A stretch of 63,160 bases of DNA, filler included, from Welwitschia mirabilis (GCA_051453625.1; 5 parts of one record of this genome joined end to end with filler, not necessarily neighbours in it); one strand, 5' to 3'; positions 1 to 14,443 are shown, numbered from the whole stretch's first letter. The notes: generated by a model not told the origin, from the sequence alone. A program made the numbers and translations.

Positions 1-3000
1 CATCCCCCTTGAAGAATGTTTCCTTTCAATTTTAAGTTTTTGAGGTAGTGAAGTGGTCATTGGTTTTGGTTCAAGCAGCCCATATTTTTGTATCATGGGT
101 TGTGTAAACTTTGATGATGTACAATCATTGAGTCTTTGGTTTGATCAACTTGAATGCCTAAAACATATTTAAGAATAGCAAGATATTTCATTTCAAATTT
201 AGTCTTCATCTCCACCCTAAACTTTTCAATCATTTTCTCACTTGCAACAAAGAATACTATGTCATCAATGTAAAGAGATATCATAATGAAATGATCATTT
301 GAGTGTTTAAAATATAAAGCAGACTCGAAAATGCATGCTTTATAATCTTTTCTCATAAAGTAATTATTAATTATTCTAAACCAAGCTCTTAAAGCTTTCT
401 TGAGTCCATAAAGAGCTTTTTTAAGTTTACATACTTTGTTTTCTTGGCCTCCAATAATAAAACCTTAGGTTAAAAAATATATAATACTTCTTTTAGATTG
501 CCATTTGAGAATGCACTATTTACATCCACTTAATGCAAAAAAAACCTTCCATGCACTGCTAAAGTAATCATCAATTTTACAGTTTCAAACCTAGCAACCG
601 ATGTAAAAATTTCTTCATAGCAATGCACTTCTTTTGCTTGTAGGCTTTAGTAATCAACCTTGCTTTATAACTTATGACAATGCATTTTTCATCCATTTTT
701 GTTTTGAAGATCCATTTTGAGACAATGGTCTTCTTTCCCTTTAGCTTATAAAGATACCATGTGCTATTTTTTTGTATTACATTCATTTCTTTCTCCATTA
801 CTTTTTTCAAAATTAAAGATTTAAGAGCTTTATCGATGAATTATGGTTTATCAATTAAGGCTGAATCTGCTATATGAGATGTGCTCATACTTTTTGTAAA
901 TATTAGATTTGTGTCTAATATTTGAGAATGTGGATGATTTTTAAAAATTCTTAATGGCGTAGATGGATAAGAAGTAATGGATGGATCATCAACATTGTCT
1001 TCCTCATAAGAGAAGTGTGCTAAATCAAATTTTGATTTATCAAACTTGACATCTCTAGAAATTAAATATTTTGAAATAATGGGTTTAAAACATTTATACC
1101 CATAATATTTTACATTATATACAACAAAAATTCACTTCCTACTTCTTTCATCAAGTTTAGATGTTAAGTGATTGGATATGTATACCTAAAAATTACAACA
1201 AAAATTGCTAAATGAGATAAGTTTAGAACTCTTTTGAAAATTCTTTCATATGGATTTACCTTGATTTGATGAATTAACCACCTAGTTGAGAAGATACATG
1301 GCCATAATATAGCCTCACCCTAATATGAGTTGGACAATGTGCTTTGTTTCAAAAAGCAACATGCCATCTATTGTATTACATCATTTTTACTTTTAGCTAT
1401 TACATTACTTTATGGAAAGTAACCATATGTTGTTTACTTCATAATACCACAATCATCACAAAATTGATTAAACTCCACATTCACAAATTCACCTCATCTA
1501 TCACTTCTAATTATCTTTATCTTTTATGTTAATTGATTTTTAGCATGTGATCATTCAAAAGTAGATAATGCTTCATCTTTAGACTGGAGGAGATAAGACC
1601 AAGTGTATCTAGAGAGATCATCAAAAATTAACATAAAATATTTTGAGTCATTCATTGTAAAAGTATCCATCAGAACAATCAAATCCATGTGTACCAACTC
1701 AAGTAGCATAGTTTTTCTCTTCTTAATGGCATGATGTGAATTAGCCTTTTGCTTGGCCTTCATGAACCAGCAGGTATTTATTAACATTTAGTGCCCAACA
1801 CACTTTGATATTTTGACATCTTTATAATATTTATGTAGGAATCATGTCCTAATCTCATGTGCCATAGAATTAAAGGATTTTTAATCACAATTAACATTGA
1901 CATAAGTTCTAAATGTTTACGTTTTGTGTTATCTCCCATTAAAATCAATGCATAGGTTTGATTTGGCATTCCTTGAAGAGTAGTAGAGAATCCTGTGTCA
2001 TCCTCTATGGTACAACTATTCTTGTCAAATACAACTTTGTTGCCTTTTTGAACCATCTGTGCAACTAAAAGTAAGGATTTAGAAAGCTTGAATACATGAA
2101 AAATATGATGAACATTAGTCCATATTCAATCTTAAATATTTATTTTGACATCTCTAATGTATTCTACTTTGAAGAAAATACCATCATCAACTTTGATGGA
2201 TCCAAATTTTTATTTGGAATCATGTGATTCAAATAACCACTATCCACAGTGGAATAACCAATATTTTTTATATAAACTAAGGCTGGATATTTTACTTTTC
2301 CTCTTTCAACTTGCTTTTCTTTGTCAATTATTCATTAAGAAGTAGATGGTTCACATTCTTTAATAGGTTTGAATAAAAACCTATTTTCCATTAACATTTA
2401 TCTTTAGTGTTAACTGGTTTTTTGCAATTTGTGCACCACAGTTCATCTTTCTTTGTGCTTTCTTTACAATATTGTTTTTGATACCTGTTTTGGAAGTAAC
2501 TATCTTATCCTCTTTAAACATTAAATCTATCATCTTTTTATAATGATCCTCTCCTCTATAAAAATATTTGGAGTTTTGTTGCCTTTTTGATTTTAAGAAA
2601 AATTAGAGGTCTAATTATTGCCTTCTTGATTTTGATAATCTTGTCTTCATATTCCTCTAGAAAATCTACCACTTCTTCCTCTTTCTTTTTGAAACTTTGC
2701 AAAATAGACTTGATCATGTAGAGATACTTTAATTTCTAAATCACCCAAAGTTCTTATATGAGTAACCATGCATCAACTATTAAGGTATTGAGGTCTTTTG
2801 TTTGAAGTAAGTAATTATTACACTCTTATATATAGCATCATGATAGAGAACTTAAACTATTCTATCTATTTTTTGCCTTTTAGTAAATCCACAACTATAT
2901 TCATTGATATTTCTAGCTGCATGATACATTCTTTAAAAGAAAGTTTTAATGAACTTACCTCTTGTGATGTAGAGATTCTCAAATTCTAATTGATACTTTA

Positions 3001-3446
3001 ATTGTTTGATTTGCATGTTTTCTTAGCTGCCTCTAAACTCATTTTTGAGCTGATCCCAATAATTATTTACTAATCCTAATAATCATTTACATTTCCTTTT
3101 CCTATGATTCTAGCTCCAATGGCTTCACTTATAGATGTGTAAATGATCATCTTTGTTAATCAATTATGCCTTTTCTCTGATTCTCTCTTTTTTTTTTTTT
3201 TTTGCCCTAGTCTCTATTCAAGACATTAGGATTTGAAGGATCAAAGAAACCATTCTTAACTACATCATAACATTTATTTAATTCAAGTAAAGTCTTCATT
3301 AATTAACACTAATAAGTGAAATCTTAACTTTCATTAAAGATGATTAAGCACCTAGAAATCTCCTTTAACATATTAAAACAAAGATGGAACTAACCTTTAT
3401 GATCTTCAAATTTGATCTTGTTTAGATATATGTACCCATTTCTTGT

Positions 3447-3458
3447 GCTCTGATATTA
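3447..3458 (-). promoter_or_regulatory. tRNA-Met primer binding site (decayed)
   Basis: Minus strand TAATATCAGAGC versus the canonical TGGTATCAGAGC, 3 nt from the LTR end; sister copies read TGATATCAGAGC at 7178-7189 and 8115-8126. Confidence 0.8.
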
Positions 3459-3461
3459 CTT

Positions 3462-4532
3462 TGTCAGCAGAAGCTTAGTAAGCCTTATTGATTTTGACTT
3501 ATTAGAATATGTCTTAGAGAATCACAAATGTCTTTAACTTATTAGACGTCTTTACTAAGTTTAGACAATTGACAGTAGATGTCTTTAATGTATCAGACAT
3601 CTTTCTAAAATTTCTCTAAAGTAAATTCCAATTCTGTGAAGATGTCTTTGATCTGGCAGATGTCTAGCCTTTTAATGACTAGAAAAGCTAAATTTTGTGA
3701 AGACATCTTTAAGGCTGAAAACATCTAATTCGTGAATTATAGATGTTTAAAATTTTAAGACGTCTAACCTGCAAGGTAGTTTTAAAATAGGGTCCAACAA
3801 TTGCTAAAATGAAGTTCTAATGGCAAAATTTGAAGGCTAACTCATCTAACATCATATTTAGATCATAGAAAATGCTTCAAAAATGAATTTAAAGTCTCAA
3901 AAATGTAACTCTTTCATGATCTTTCTTCAAATACAAAAATCTTATTCTTGTTTGATAAAATGATACAAGAACACTTTGAAATGATTAAATCTTTACACAA
4001 AGCTTTAAAGATCATCAGTCTTTCATTAAATATTTTAAATAAAACTTGTAATCTTCCTTATTTAATGAAATATGCTTCTATTTAAACTCAATTACATGAT
4101 CTTTTTCATGATCTTTTCTCTAACCTTTGAATCTTGAAGTATTTTAATCAAAACATGATATGAAATCGAGAATGAAGATAATTCAAGGTTAAAGCACTAG
4201 TAACAATGATGAATCTGAACTTATCTCAGTGTTTGAAGCATAAAATGGAGCATAAGAATAAGCTAAAGCATCAAGTAAACATTAAGGACAAGATCTAACA
4301 CAAATTCTCTAGCATTTCATTCTTCTCTTCAAGAGGCATCAATCTTCTTCTTTAATTTCATTACATCAATCAAGTATTTTATAGAGAGGATTTCAAGTTA
4401 TCCCTCTTTTCTAATTCATATGGGATAGAATCCCTTTACAAGACACATTTCAATTCTCTAGATAACAACATTAAGAAGTGACTATAACACAAGACATATG
4501 ATGTGTCCACATTGGACCACATTATTCCAACA
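3462..4532 (-). repeat. 5' LTR of copia copy 1 (~1.07 kb)
   Basis: Minus strand starts TGTTGG (4532) and ends TGACA (3462), directly before the PBS; TATA-like CTATAAAATA near 4375-4384; homologous to 7193-7690 and 8130-9251. Confidence 0.85.
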
Positions 4533-5977
4533 AAAGAAAATGCTAAAACTTCCATCAAAGCTCAAAGGAGAATTAACCCTAGCTTAAAGGAAGTAGTGAA
4601 AAACAAAGTAATCAACACCTAGCTAGTGGAATCATCTATCCCATTTTCAATGGTAAATGGATAAGTTCCACCCAAACTATGGCCAAGAAGTCTAGAATAA
4701 CCTTAATGCCTAATGAACTTATTCCTACAAGTCTAGCTATAACATGAAGAATGTGCATCGATTATAGAAAACTTAATGCTCTCACTAGAAAAGATCATTT
4801 TCCTCTTTTATTCTCTGACTAGATTCTTGAACATCTTGTTGGACACTATTTTTACTACTTTCTAGATGGATATTCAGGTTACAATCAGATTGAAATAGTT
4901 GTACCGGATCAAGATAAAACCACATTTACTTACCCTTATGAAACCTTCGCATACAAATGAATGCCTTTCAGTCTTTGTAATGTCCTAGCCCCATTTCAAT
5001 AATGCATGCTTTTTTTCCCCCTCCCTAACTTATTAGATTTATGTTTGAAAATTTTTATGGATGATTTTTCTATTTATAAGTCTTGTTTCAACTAATGCCT
5101 TCATAACTTAGAGCTTGTTCTTGTTAGATACATTGAAAAAGGCCTTATTCTAAACTCAAAAAAGGTCATTTTATGATGACTAAAGTTATAGTTCTAGGTC
5201 ATATCATATCTTCTGAGGGAATCCAAGTAGATGCTACTAAGGTTTTTTTTAATAGACTACCTACCTACTCATCAAAAGCAAAAAGACATTAAATCTTTTT
5301 TAGGACATGCAAGTTATTATAGAAGATTAATTAAGACTTTAGTAAGATTTGCAAACCTCTCTATGGCCTCCTTATCAAAGACATCCCTTTTGAATAGATC
5401 TAAGAGTATCAATAAGCCTTTGATGAGCTCAAAGAAAAATTTACCATAGCACCCATTATCCAACCATCTAATTGGAAGTTACCCTTTGAATTAATGAGTG
5501 ATGCCAGTGATTATGTTGTTGGTGCCATATTAGAACAGAGAAGAGATAAGAAACCAATGGTAGTCTTGCATGTAAGTAAACATTAAGCAACAGTCAACTC
5601 AGTTATACAGTCACTGAGATGGAACTCTTTCCTGTAGTCATTACATTAGAAATGTTTAGGTAATATTTGCTAGGATTTAAGGTTATTAATTACATGGATC
5701 ATTCAACCCTTAGATACCTCTTTGCCAAAAAGGACTCTAAGACTAGACTAATTCGATGGATTCTATTGCATTAAGAACTTGATCTAGAAATTAAGAATAC
5801 AAAGTGTTGTAACAACATTATAGCTAACCACATCTCTCGCCTAACACAAAATAATTCTCACCAAATCCTTCGCATTGATAACACTTTTTTAGATGAGTAC
5901 CCTTTTTCTGTTTCAAAGACAACCTTGTTGATATGATGACTTTCTTAGTTTTCAAGATTACTTCTTCACATTGGACT
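4533..5977 (+). mobile_element. Athila-type Ty3/gypsy pol fragment (RT-RNase H), interrupted by copia copy 1
   Basis: AQRRINPSLKEVVK, MCIDYRKLN...RKDHFP, FLDGYSGYNQI, IFMDDFSI, SFLGHASYYRR, MSDASDYVVGAIL readable across frameshifts. Confidence 0.92.
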
Positions 5978-6077
5978 NNNNNNNNNNNNNNNNNNNNNNN
6001 NNNNNNNNNNNNNNNNNNNNNNNNNNNNNNNNNNNNNNNNNNNNNNNNNNNNNNNNNNNNNNNNNNNNNNNNNNNNN

Positions 6078-7690
6078 GCTTTTCTTTGTCAATTATTCAT
6101 TAAGAAGTAGATGGTTTACATTCTTTAATAGGTTTTGATGAAAATCTATTTTCTATTAACATTTATCTTTAGTGTTAACTGGTTTTTTGCAATTTGTGCA
6201 CCACAGTTTATCTTTCTTTGTGCCTTCTTTACAATATTGTTTTTGATACCTATTTTGGAAGTAACTATCTTGTCCTCTTTAAACATCAACTCTATCACCT
6301 TTTTATAATGATCCTTTCCTCTGTATAAATCTTTGGAGTTTTGTTGCCTTTTTTAATTTTAAGAAAAATTAGAGGTCTGATTATTGCCTCCTTGATTTTG
6401 ATAATCTTGTCTTCATCTTCCTCTAGAAAATCTACCACTTCTTCCTCTTCCTTTTTGAAACTTTGCAAAATAGGCTTGATCATGTAGAGATACTTTATTT
6501 TCTAAATCATCCAAAGTTCTTATATGAGTAACCATGCATCAACTATTACGGTGTTGAGGTCTTTTGTTTGAAGTAAAGTAATTATTACACTCTTATATAT
6601 AGCATCATGATAGAGAACTTGAACCATTCTATCTATTTTTTACCTTTTAGTAAATTCACAATTGTATTCATCAACATTTCTATCTGCTTTATACATTCTT
6701 GAAAGAAAGATTTAATGAATTTACCTCTTGTGATGTAGAGATTTTTAAAGTCTAATCGATACTTTAACTATTTGATTTGCATGTTCTCTTAACTATCTCT
6801 ATACTCATTTTTGAGCTAGTTCCAATGATCTTTTGTATTTTCTTTTTCTATGATTCTAGCTCCACTGGCTTTACTTATAGATGTACAGATGATTATATTG
6901 GCCAATTCATTATGCCTCTTCTCTAATTTATATTTTCTTTTTTGATCTCTATTGAACACATTAGTATTTGGAGGATCAAAGAAATCATGTTGAACTACAC
7001 CATAACATTCATTTAATTCAAGTAGTGTCTTCATTGATTAATACCAATAGGTAAAATCCTGACTTCCATTAAAGATAATTGAGCACCTAGGAATCTCTTA
7101 ACATAGTAAAATCAAGATAAAAGTAACCTTTATCAAATTTAAATTTGATGTGTAGATATCTATATCTATGCCTAGATGCTCTGATATCACTTTATCAATA
7201 AAAGCCTAGTGAGCCTAGTTGATTTTGACTACTTTGAGTTGAAAATGTCTTTAATGTTAAAAGATTTTTCTAAGTATCATAAACATCTTTGACCTATCAG
7301 ACACTTTTTCTGAGTTTAGCTGGTTGACAGAAGACATCTTTGATGTATTAGACATCTATTATAAAAGTTCTATTCTTTATAATTAAATTTTTAGTTTTAC
7401 AAAGACATATTTAAAACTGACAGATGTCTATCCTTTAAATGACTTAAAATATAAGTTTTGCAAAGATGTCTTCGAGGCTAAAAGACATCTATTTTATATA
7501 TTATAGATGTTTATCTATTGAAAGACATATATCTTGTAAGTTAGCTTTAAAACAGGGTCCAGAAAACACTGAACAAAGTTCTAATGCAAAATTTGAAGGC
7601 TAACTCATCTATTATCATGTCTAAGACAGATAAAACACTTCACAAGTAAATTTAAAGCCTTAAAAACATAATTATTTCAAGATCTTTCTT
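6078..7690 (-). mobile_element. Copia copy 2 (gag, PBS, partial 5' LTR)
   Basis: Collinear with ~2313-3930; gag N-terminus MKTLLELNECYGVV (6816-7034); PBS 7178-7189; LTR from 7193; bounded by gaps. Confidence 0.88.
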
Positions 7691-7790
7691 NNNNNNNNNN
7701 NNNNNNNNNNNNNNNNNNNNNNNNNNNNNNNNNNNNNNNNNNNNNNNNNNNNNNNNNNNNNNNNNNNNNNNNNNNNNNNNNNNNNNNNNN

Positions 7791-9251
7791 AGCTCCACTG
7801 GCTTTACTTATAGATGTACAGATGATTATATTGGTCAATGCCTTATGCCTCTTCTCTAATTTATATATATATATATTTTTGATCTCTATTCAACACATTA
7901 GTATTTGGAGGATCAAAGAAACCATTTTGAACTACACCATAACATTCATTTAATTCAAGTAATGTCTTCATTGACTGATATCAATAGGTAAAATCCTAAC
8001 TTCCATTAGAGATAATTGAGCACCTAGGAATCTCCTAACATAGTAAAATCAAGATAAAAATAACCTTTGTCAAATTTAAATTTGATGTGTAGATATCTAT
8101 ATCTATGCCTTGATGCTCTGATATCACTTTATCAACAAAAGCCTAGTGAGCCTAGTTGATTTTGACTACTTTGAGTTGAAGATGTCTTTAATGTAAAAAG
8201 ATTTTTCTAAGTATCACAAACATCTTTAACCTATCAGACATTTTTTCTGAGTTTAGCTAGTTGACAGAAGACGTCTTTGATGTATTAGATATCTATTATA
8301 AAAGTTCTATTCTTTATAATTAAATTTTTAGATTTACAAAGACATATTTAAAACTGACAGATGTCTATCCTTTTAATGACTTAAAATATAAGTTCTATAA
8401 AGATGTCTTCAAGGCTGAAAGACATCTCTTTTATATATTATAGATGTTTATCTATTGAAAGACATCTATCTTGCAAGTCAGCTTTAAAACAGGGTCCAGA
8501 AAACACTGAAACAAAGTTCTAATGGTAAAATTTAAAGGCTAACTCATCTATTATCATGTTTAAGACAAATAAAACACTTCACAAGTAAATTTAGAGCCTT
8601 AAAAACATAATTATTTCAAGATCTTTCTTCAAATATGAAAATATTTTTCTCCTTTGATGAAATGACACAATAATACATTAAAGTGATCAAATCTTTATCT
8701 AAAGCTTCAGAGATCATAAATCTTTGATTAGATATTTTAAATACAACTTGAAATCTTCATTAGTTATTGAAATAATCTTTTATTTCATCTCAATTACATG
8801 ATCTTTATCATGATATTTCTACTAACCTTTGAATCTTAAAAGCATTTTAAACAAAACATGGGCTAAAACTAAAGAATGAAGCTATTCAAGCATAAAGCAA
8901 CTAGAACAAAGAAGAATTTGAACTTATCTTAATCTTTCAGACATAAAATAAAGCATAAAGACAAGCTAAAGCATTAAGGAAAGAGATCTAGCACAAATTC
9001 TCTAGTATTTCATTCCCCCATTCAAGAGGCATTAGTTTGAAGTAAATTCATTACATTAACCAAGTACTTTATAGAGGGGTTAGAGTTATCCCTCTTTTTC
9101 TAATCTATGTAGGTTATAATTCCTTACAAAATACATTAATATTTTTGATGACATAAATTCCTATACTTACAAATTTCTAAACAATGGCTTTAATACATAA
9201 CTATGACACAAAACATATGATGTGTTCACATTGGAGTACATTAAATTAACA
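7791..9251 (-). mobile_element. Copia copy 3 (gag N-terminus, PBS, complete 5' LTR 8130-9251)
   Basis: Near-identical to ~6858-7690; LTR ends ...aaattaaca at 9251 and is followed by Tekay-family LTR sequence; the terminal part is repeated at 9406-9639. Confidence 0.85.
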
Positions 9252-9639
9252 AGAGTAATTTCATAGATGGGTAGAGTAGGAGAGTGGTAATCAAATCTAC
9301 TTCTANNNNNNNNNNNNNNNNNNNNNNNNNNNNNNNNNNNNNNNNNNNNNNNNNNNNNNNNNNNNNNNNNNNNNNNNNNNNNNNNNNNNNNNNNNNNNNN
9401 NNNNNCCATTCAAGAGGCATTAGTTTGAAGTAAATTCATTACATTAATCAAGTCTTTTATAGAGGGGTTAGAGTTATCCCTCTTTTTCTAATCTATGTAG
9501 GATATAATTCCTTACAAAATACATTAATATTTTTCATGACATAAATTCCTATACTTACATATTTCTAAAAAATGGCTTCAATACATAACCATGATACAAA
9601 ACATATGATGTGTCCACACGGAACTACATTAAATTAACA

Positions 9640-12600
9640 AAAGTAATTTCATAGATGGGTAGGGTAGGAGAGTGGTAATCAATCTACTTCTAAAAGGGTA
9701 TTATAAAAAGAATTCAATGCAACCCACCTTGGTAATGAAATCCAGATATAGGGATTATCATTATTAGAAATATCTTAATTTAGTCCTACTTGACAAATAC
9801 ACCACACAAATTCATACATACATTTCTAACTAATATGGATATTTAATGAATTATTTACCTAGTTGTAATAATTATAATCACAATTGAGTTTATTTTATAG
9901 AAACAATCATCAAATAGAAACAAATGCACTAGAATATCTTATATTTTAGATTATAATAATAAAATTCTAAATACAGGAAATATTCTTTTATTTTCTTTCT
10001 TTCAATAACAATAACAAAATTCAAAATGCATCAAATCACATCTTAATAATATACTTAAAGAAATTAATTCATACCTAGAGTTATGCTAATTCTAGAAGCA
10101 TTCTTCCATGCTCATTTAACAATCTTCATGGATTGGTACATTGAGAAAAAATAAAAGAAAGTATAGCTCAAGTATGGTTGTTAAGATATAAATTTTTATT
10201 CAAGACATCATAATCAAAATTTAATAATTAATTAATTATGAAATGGGAAAACCATTAAATAGTTTTTCATAAATGAGACTNNNNNNNNNNNNNNNNNNNN
10301 NNNNNNNNNNNNNNNNNNNNNNNNNNNNNNNNNNNNNNNNNNNNNNNNNNNNNNNNNNNNNNNNNNNNNNNNNNNNNNNNAAATGCACTAGAATATCTTA
10401 TATTCTAGATTATAATAATAAAATTCTAAATAGAGGAAATATTTTTTTATTTTCTTTCTTTCAATAACAATAATAAAATTCAAAATGCATTAAATTACAT
10501 CTTAATAATATGCTTAAAGAAATTAATTCATACCTAGAGCTATGCTAATTCTAGAAGCATTCTTTCATGCTCATTTAACACTCTTCATGGATTGGTGCAC
10601 TGAGAATAAACAAAAGAAAGTATAGCTCAAGTATGGTTGTTAAGATATAACTCTTTATTCAAGACATCATATGGCTATATTATAAGTTAAGATAATAAGT
10701 GTTAAATCAAAAACTATTTATGTTACTTAAAATACTAAGGTGAAAACACTTATAAGCATATATGTTCAAAGTAAGACAAAAGAAAAAGGTAAAAGATGTA
10801 TTTTTAAATATTACTTCTAAGTAATCTAACTTAAGGCTACTAATAGAAGCATATCCTACATACTCAAATTCCCTATAAAATTTTATGTAATAATTTTCTA
10901 TAATTTAAAACATTAATTATAACATTTTTGGGCTTTAAGGAGATATCACAATCAAAATTTAATAATTAATTAATTATGAAAGAGGAAAACCATTACAATA
11001 TTTTTTCATAAATGAGCCTCATAATATGATCCTAAGAATCTAACTTAAACTATGTTGGAATTCTAAAAATAATATCTTTAAAATCATCATTTAAGGTTAA
11101 AAACTATCAAATNNNNNNNNNNNNNNNNNNNNNNNNNNNNNNNNNNNNNNNNNNNNNNNNNNNNNNNNNNNNNNNNNNNNNNNNNNNNNNNNNNNNNNNN
11201 NNNNNNNNNNNNAAGTATGGGGATGAACATTATTAGAATTATCTTGATTTAGCCTTGTTCAGTGAATACATTGTATGAATGCATGCAAAAGATTTGAAAT
11301 AATGTTAATATTTAAAGAATTATTGACCTACTTATAATTGTTATAATCACCATTTGGTTTATTTTACACAAACAATCATCAAAAGAAAGTAAGCATACAA
11401 GACATTTCTTTTTCTAAGATTATAATAATAAAAATCTAGATAAAGGAAATATTCTTTTCTTTTTCTATCTAGATAAAGGAAATAATATTTTATTTTTCTT
11501 TCATTCTTTTATGTTCAAATGATAATCTCCATGGGTTGGTGTAAAGAAGGTAAAAAAGAAAAAAAAAAAAAAGTATAGCTCAAGAATAATTGTTAAGATA
11601 TAAATATTTATTCAAGATTTCTTATGGCTATATTATAAGTCAATAAAAATAAGTGATAAGCTAAAGACTACTTATGTCACTTAAACTATTAAGGTGAAAA
11701 CTCTTATAAGCATACACATTCAAAGCAAGTTAAAGGAAAAAGGTAAAAGAGGTATTTCTATAATGAAATATCACTTATAAGTAATTTAAATTTAATATAC
11801 TAATAGAAACAGATTTTATATACTCAATTTCCTTAAAAGTTTGTGTAATAATTTTTTTTATAACTTTAAACATTACTTATATCATTTTTAGGCTCTACGA
11901 AGACATCATAATTAAAAATTAATAATTAATTTATTATAAAGAAAAAATTAAATTATAGTAATTTTTCAAAAACTAGACACATATTGTGTTCTTAAAATCT
12001 AATTTAAACTATCTTGGAATTATAAAAGTATTATTTATAGCATTATCATTTAAGGCTAAAAACTATCAAATTTTCTAAAATTACAGTCCTACCATACTAT
12101 ACTAAAATGATCATAATTTTTAAAATACTTTGATTTTTTAAATTATCCAAGATCTTTTAGAAATTTTATTTAATTCCCTACAACTTAGGATGCTCAAGTT
12201 TGTAGGTATCTTAATTGATAGTTACAGAAATGTAAATTAATTACTTATTATTTTTTACATTTATTTCCTAATATACTTTGATAAATAAATTTTTAAAAAA
12301 TTATTACATGTTAAAACATTACTATTTTTACATTGTCACATTCATAACATAATCTTAGACTTACAGAAAATATTTCACTAATTTATATGTAATAATTAAT
12401 AAGCTATGATGTTTTTATCCTATGCCTCCATTTCAGGAATATAACTTTCGCTAAAGAAAATATAATAAAGGTTCAACAAATAATTATACAATAATTTGAA
12501 TCAGTAAAATAATGAATATAGTAGAGAAAATCATTATTCATAGTATGACTTTACTAAATACTACTAATGCAAGTCAATTTATAAAGGAAAATCAAATCAA

Positions 12601-14430
12601 TTCACAAAAGCATTTATGTTGAGACTTGGGATTACCATGAAGGAGTACTAGCCTAAAATAGATTTTTGAGGATTAGAATTTATCCCTGAAAGATAGACCT
12701 AATGTATAATGAATGAAAAATATATTATTATATATATTAACCCAAAATAAACATAGGTACATAAATATACAATGAATACCTGAAGTGGTTACTTAGTCAT
12801 AAACATCTATTAGTAACCTTAATTACCAAGCATAAGAGATCCTTCATATCTCCCCACATCTTGGTAAAAGCCAATGGGAGGGAATAAAATAATTTTATGG
12901 TATATCATAAATAGTGGTTTAACACAACTATTACATCATTCTACTAAAATATTAAAAGAGGCCAAGTCCTTGATAGTTGAATATTGATGAAGATCTAAGC
13001 TCAAGAGTTTCTAAGTTCTAAGCTTCCAAGATCTAAGCTCCACAAGTAAGAGAATGAAAGAAAGAGAAGAGAAAAAAAGGAAATGCAGTTATATGGAAAA
13101 ATAAAAAGCATTCCCTCTTTACAAGAGAGGAAAGAATCTATATATAGATAAACAAAGGCACATAGCTCAAGATCATAAGATCACATGATTTAGTATTAAT
13201 AAGTGGAAGGGGTAATAAGTGACATTGGAGTATAAAAAGAGATCAAATTTATGACTCATGCACCTAACTAGGGTGATTAATCTTCTTACTTTAATTAGCA
13301 AGATTAATTACATGTATCATTTCCCCATGCTAGCTCCTTCGCAATCCTTCACAGGCTCATAAGTAAGCTTATTTCATCCAAGACATGCATCAAAATAATA
13401 AATGCACAAATATCTAAATTTTATATAGAATAATGAAATAAAATCTTTAATTCAAATGGAAAAAAATAATAAATAGGCTATGAATCAGTTATGCTTACAC
13501 ATCTCAAAAAGTTTTGGTAGAGCAAATCTACTCATTTATCATTCTTCATTCTAGGTAAGAGTGCATTTACTTGTCCACATGCTTATTTATTTGATAATGC
13601 ATAAAATCTACTAATCATATAANNNNNNNNNNNNNNNNNNNNNNNNNNNNNNNNNNNNNNNNNNNNNNNNNNNNNNNNNNNNNNNNNNNNNNNNNNNNNN
13701 NNNNNNNNNNNNNNNNNNNNNNAAATAGGGTGATTAATCTTCTTAATTTAATTTGCAAGGTTAATTACATGTATCATTTCCTCATGCTAGATCTTTCGCA
13801 ATCCTTCACAGGCTCATAAGTAAGCTTAATTCATCCAAGACATGCATCAAAATAATAAATGCACAAATATCTGAATTGTCATATAGAATAATGAAACAAA
13901 ATCTTTAATTTCAATGGAAAAAAATAATAAATAGGCTATGAATCAGCTATGCTTACACATCTCAAAAAGTTTTGGTAGAGCAAATCTACTCATTTATCAT
14001 TCTTCATTCTGGGTAAGAGTNNNNNNNNNNTGCATAAAATCTACTAATCATATAAACACAAGTAATAAAATGTCTATTCATCATATAGTACACCTATCAC
14101 ATTTGCCAAGAATTTAAATAAGTAAATAAGATGTAAAATATGTTATCATATCTTCTTGAAATTTTCAATTTATTACTTTATCATGTGATTTTAATTTTTT
14201 TACACAATGGGTTATTTGATTTTAAATGTTTGGATAGCTTTTCTCATGGAAACCTTCTAACATAATTATTATTATTTTATGGTAAATTATGAAAATTGGA
14301 AATTAGGGTTAATTATAAATGCCATATTATTTTAACAAAGCCTTTAAAGAAGAGTAATTTATTATCTGATTAAAAGCTTAATATGCTTAATATCCAAGTA
14401 ATTAAGGTTTACAAAATATGGGATATGATA
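9640..14430 (-). repeat. 3' LTR sequence of the Tekay/Del element (gapped, with overlapping or duplicated segments)
   Basis: Homologous to ~19994-22780; ends ggatatgata at 14430 (partner ggatatgaca at 22780) next to the polypurine tract; 9640-11112 and 11213-12070 cover the same LTR portion twice. Confidence 0.85.
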
Positions 14431-14443
14431 CCTTTCCCCATTT
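14431..14443 (-). other. Polypurine tract of the Tekay/Del element
   Basis: Minus strand AAATGGGGAAAGG immediately before the LTR start TATCATATCCC (decayed TGTCATATCCC). Confidence 0.8.

Larger units (their letters stand above)
1..4532 (-). mobile_element. Degenerate Ty1/copia LTR retrotransposon (5' LTR-PBS-gag-PR-INT-RT; runs off the window start)
   Basis: Minus-strand fragments in copia order: gag (~2350-3350), GAG-pre-integrase LWHMRLGH (1781-2056), integrase LELVHMDL...YFMLIFDDLSRYTW (1551-1787), RT KWIFKTK...YKARL (577-810) and ISLYIDDI...FEMKYL (93-356). Many stops and frameshifts. Confidence 0.93.
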
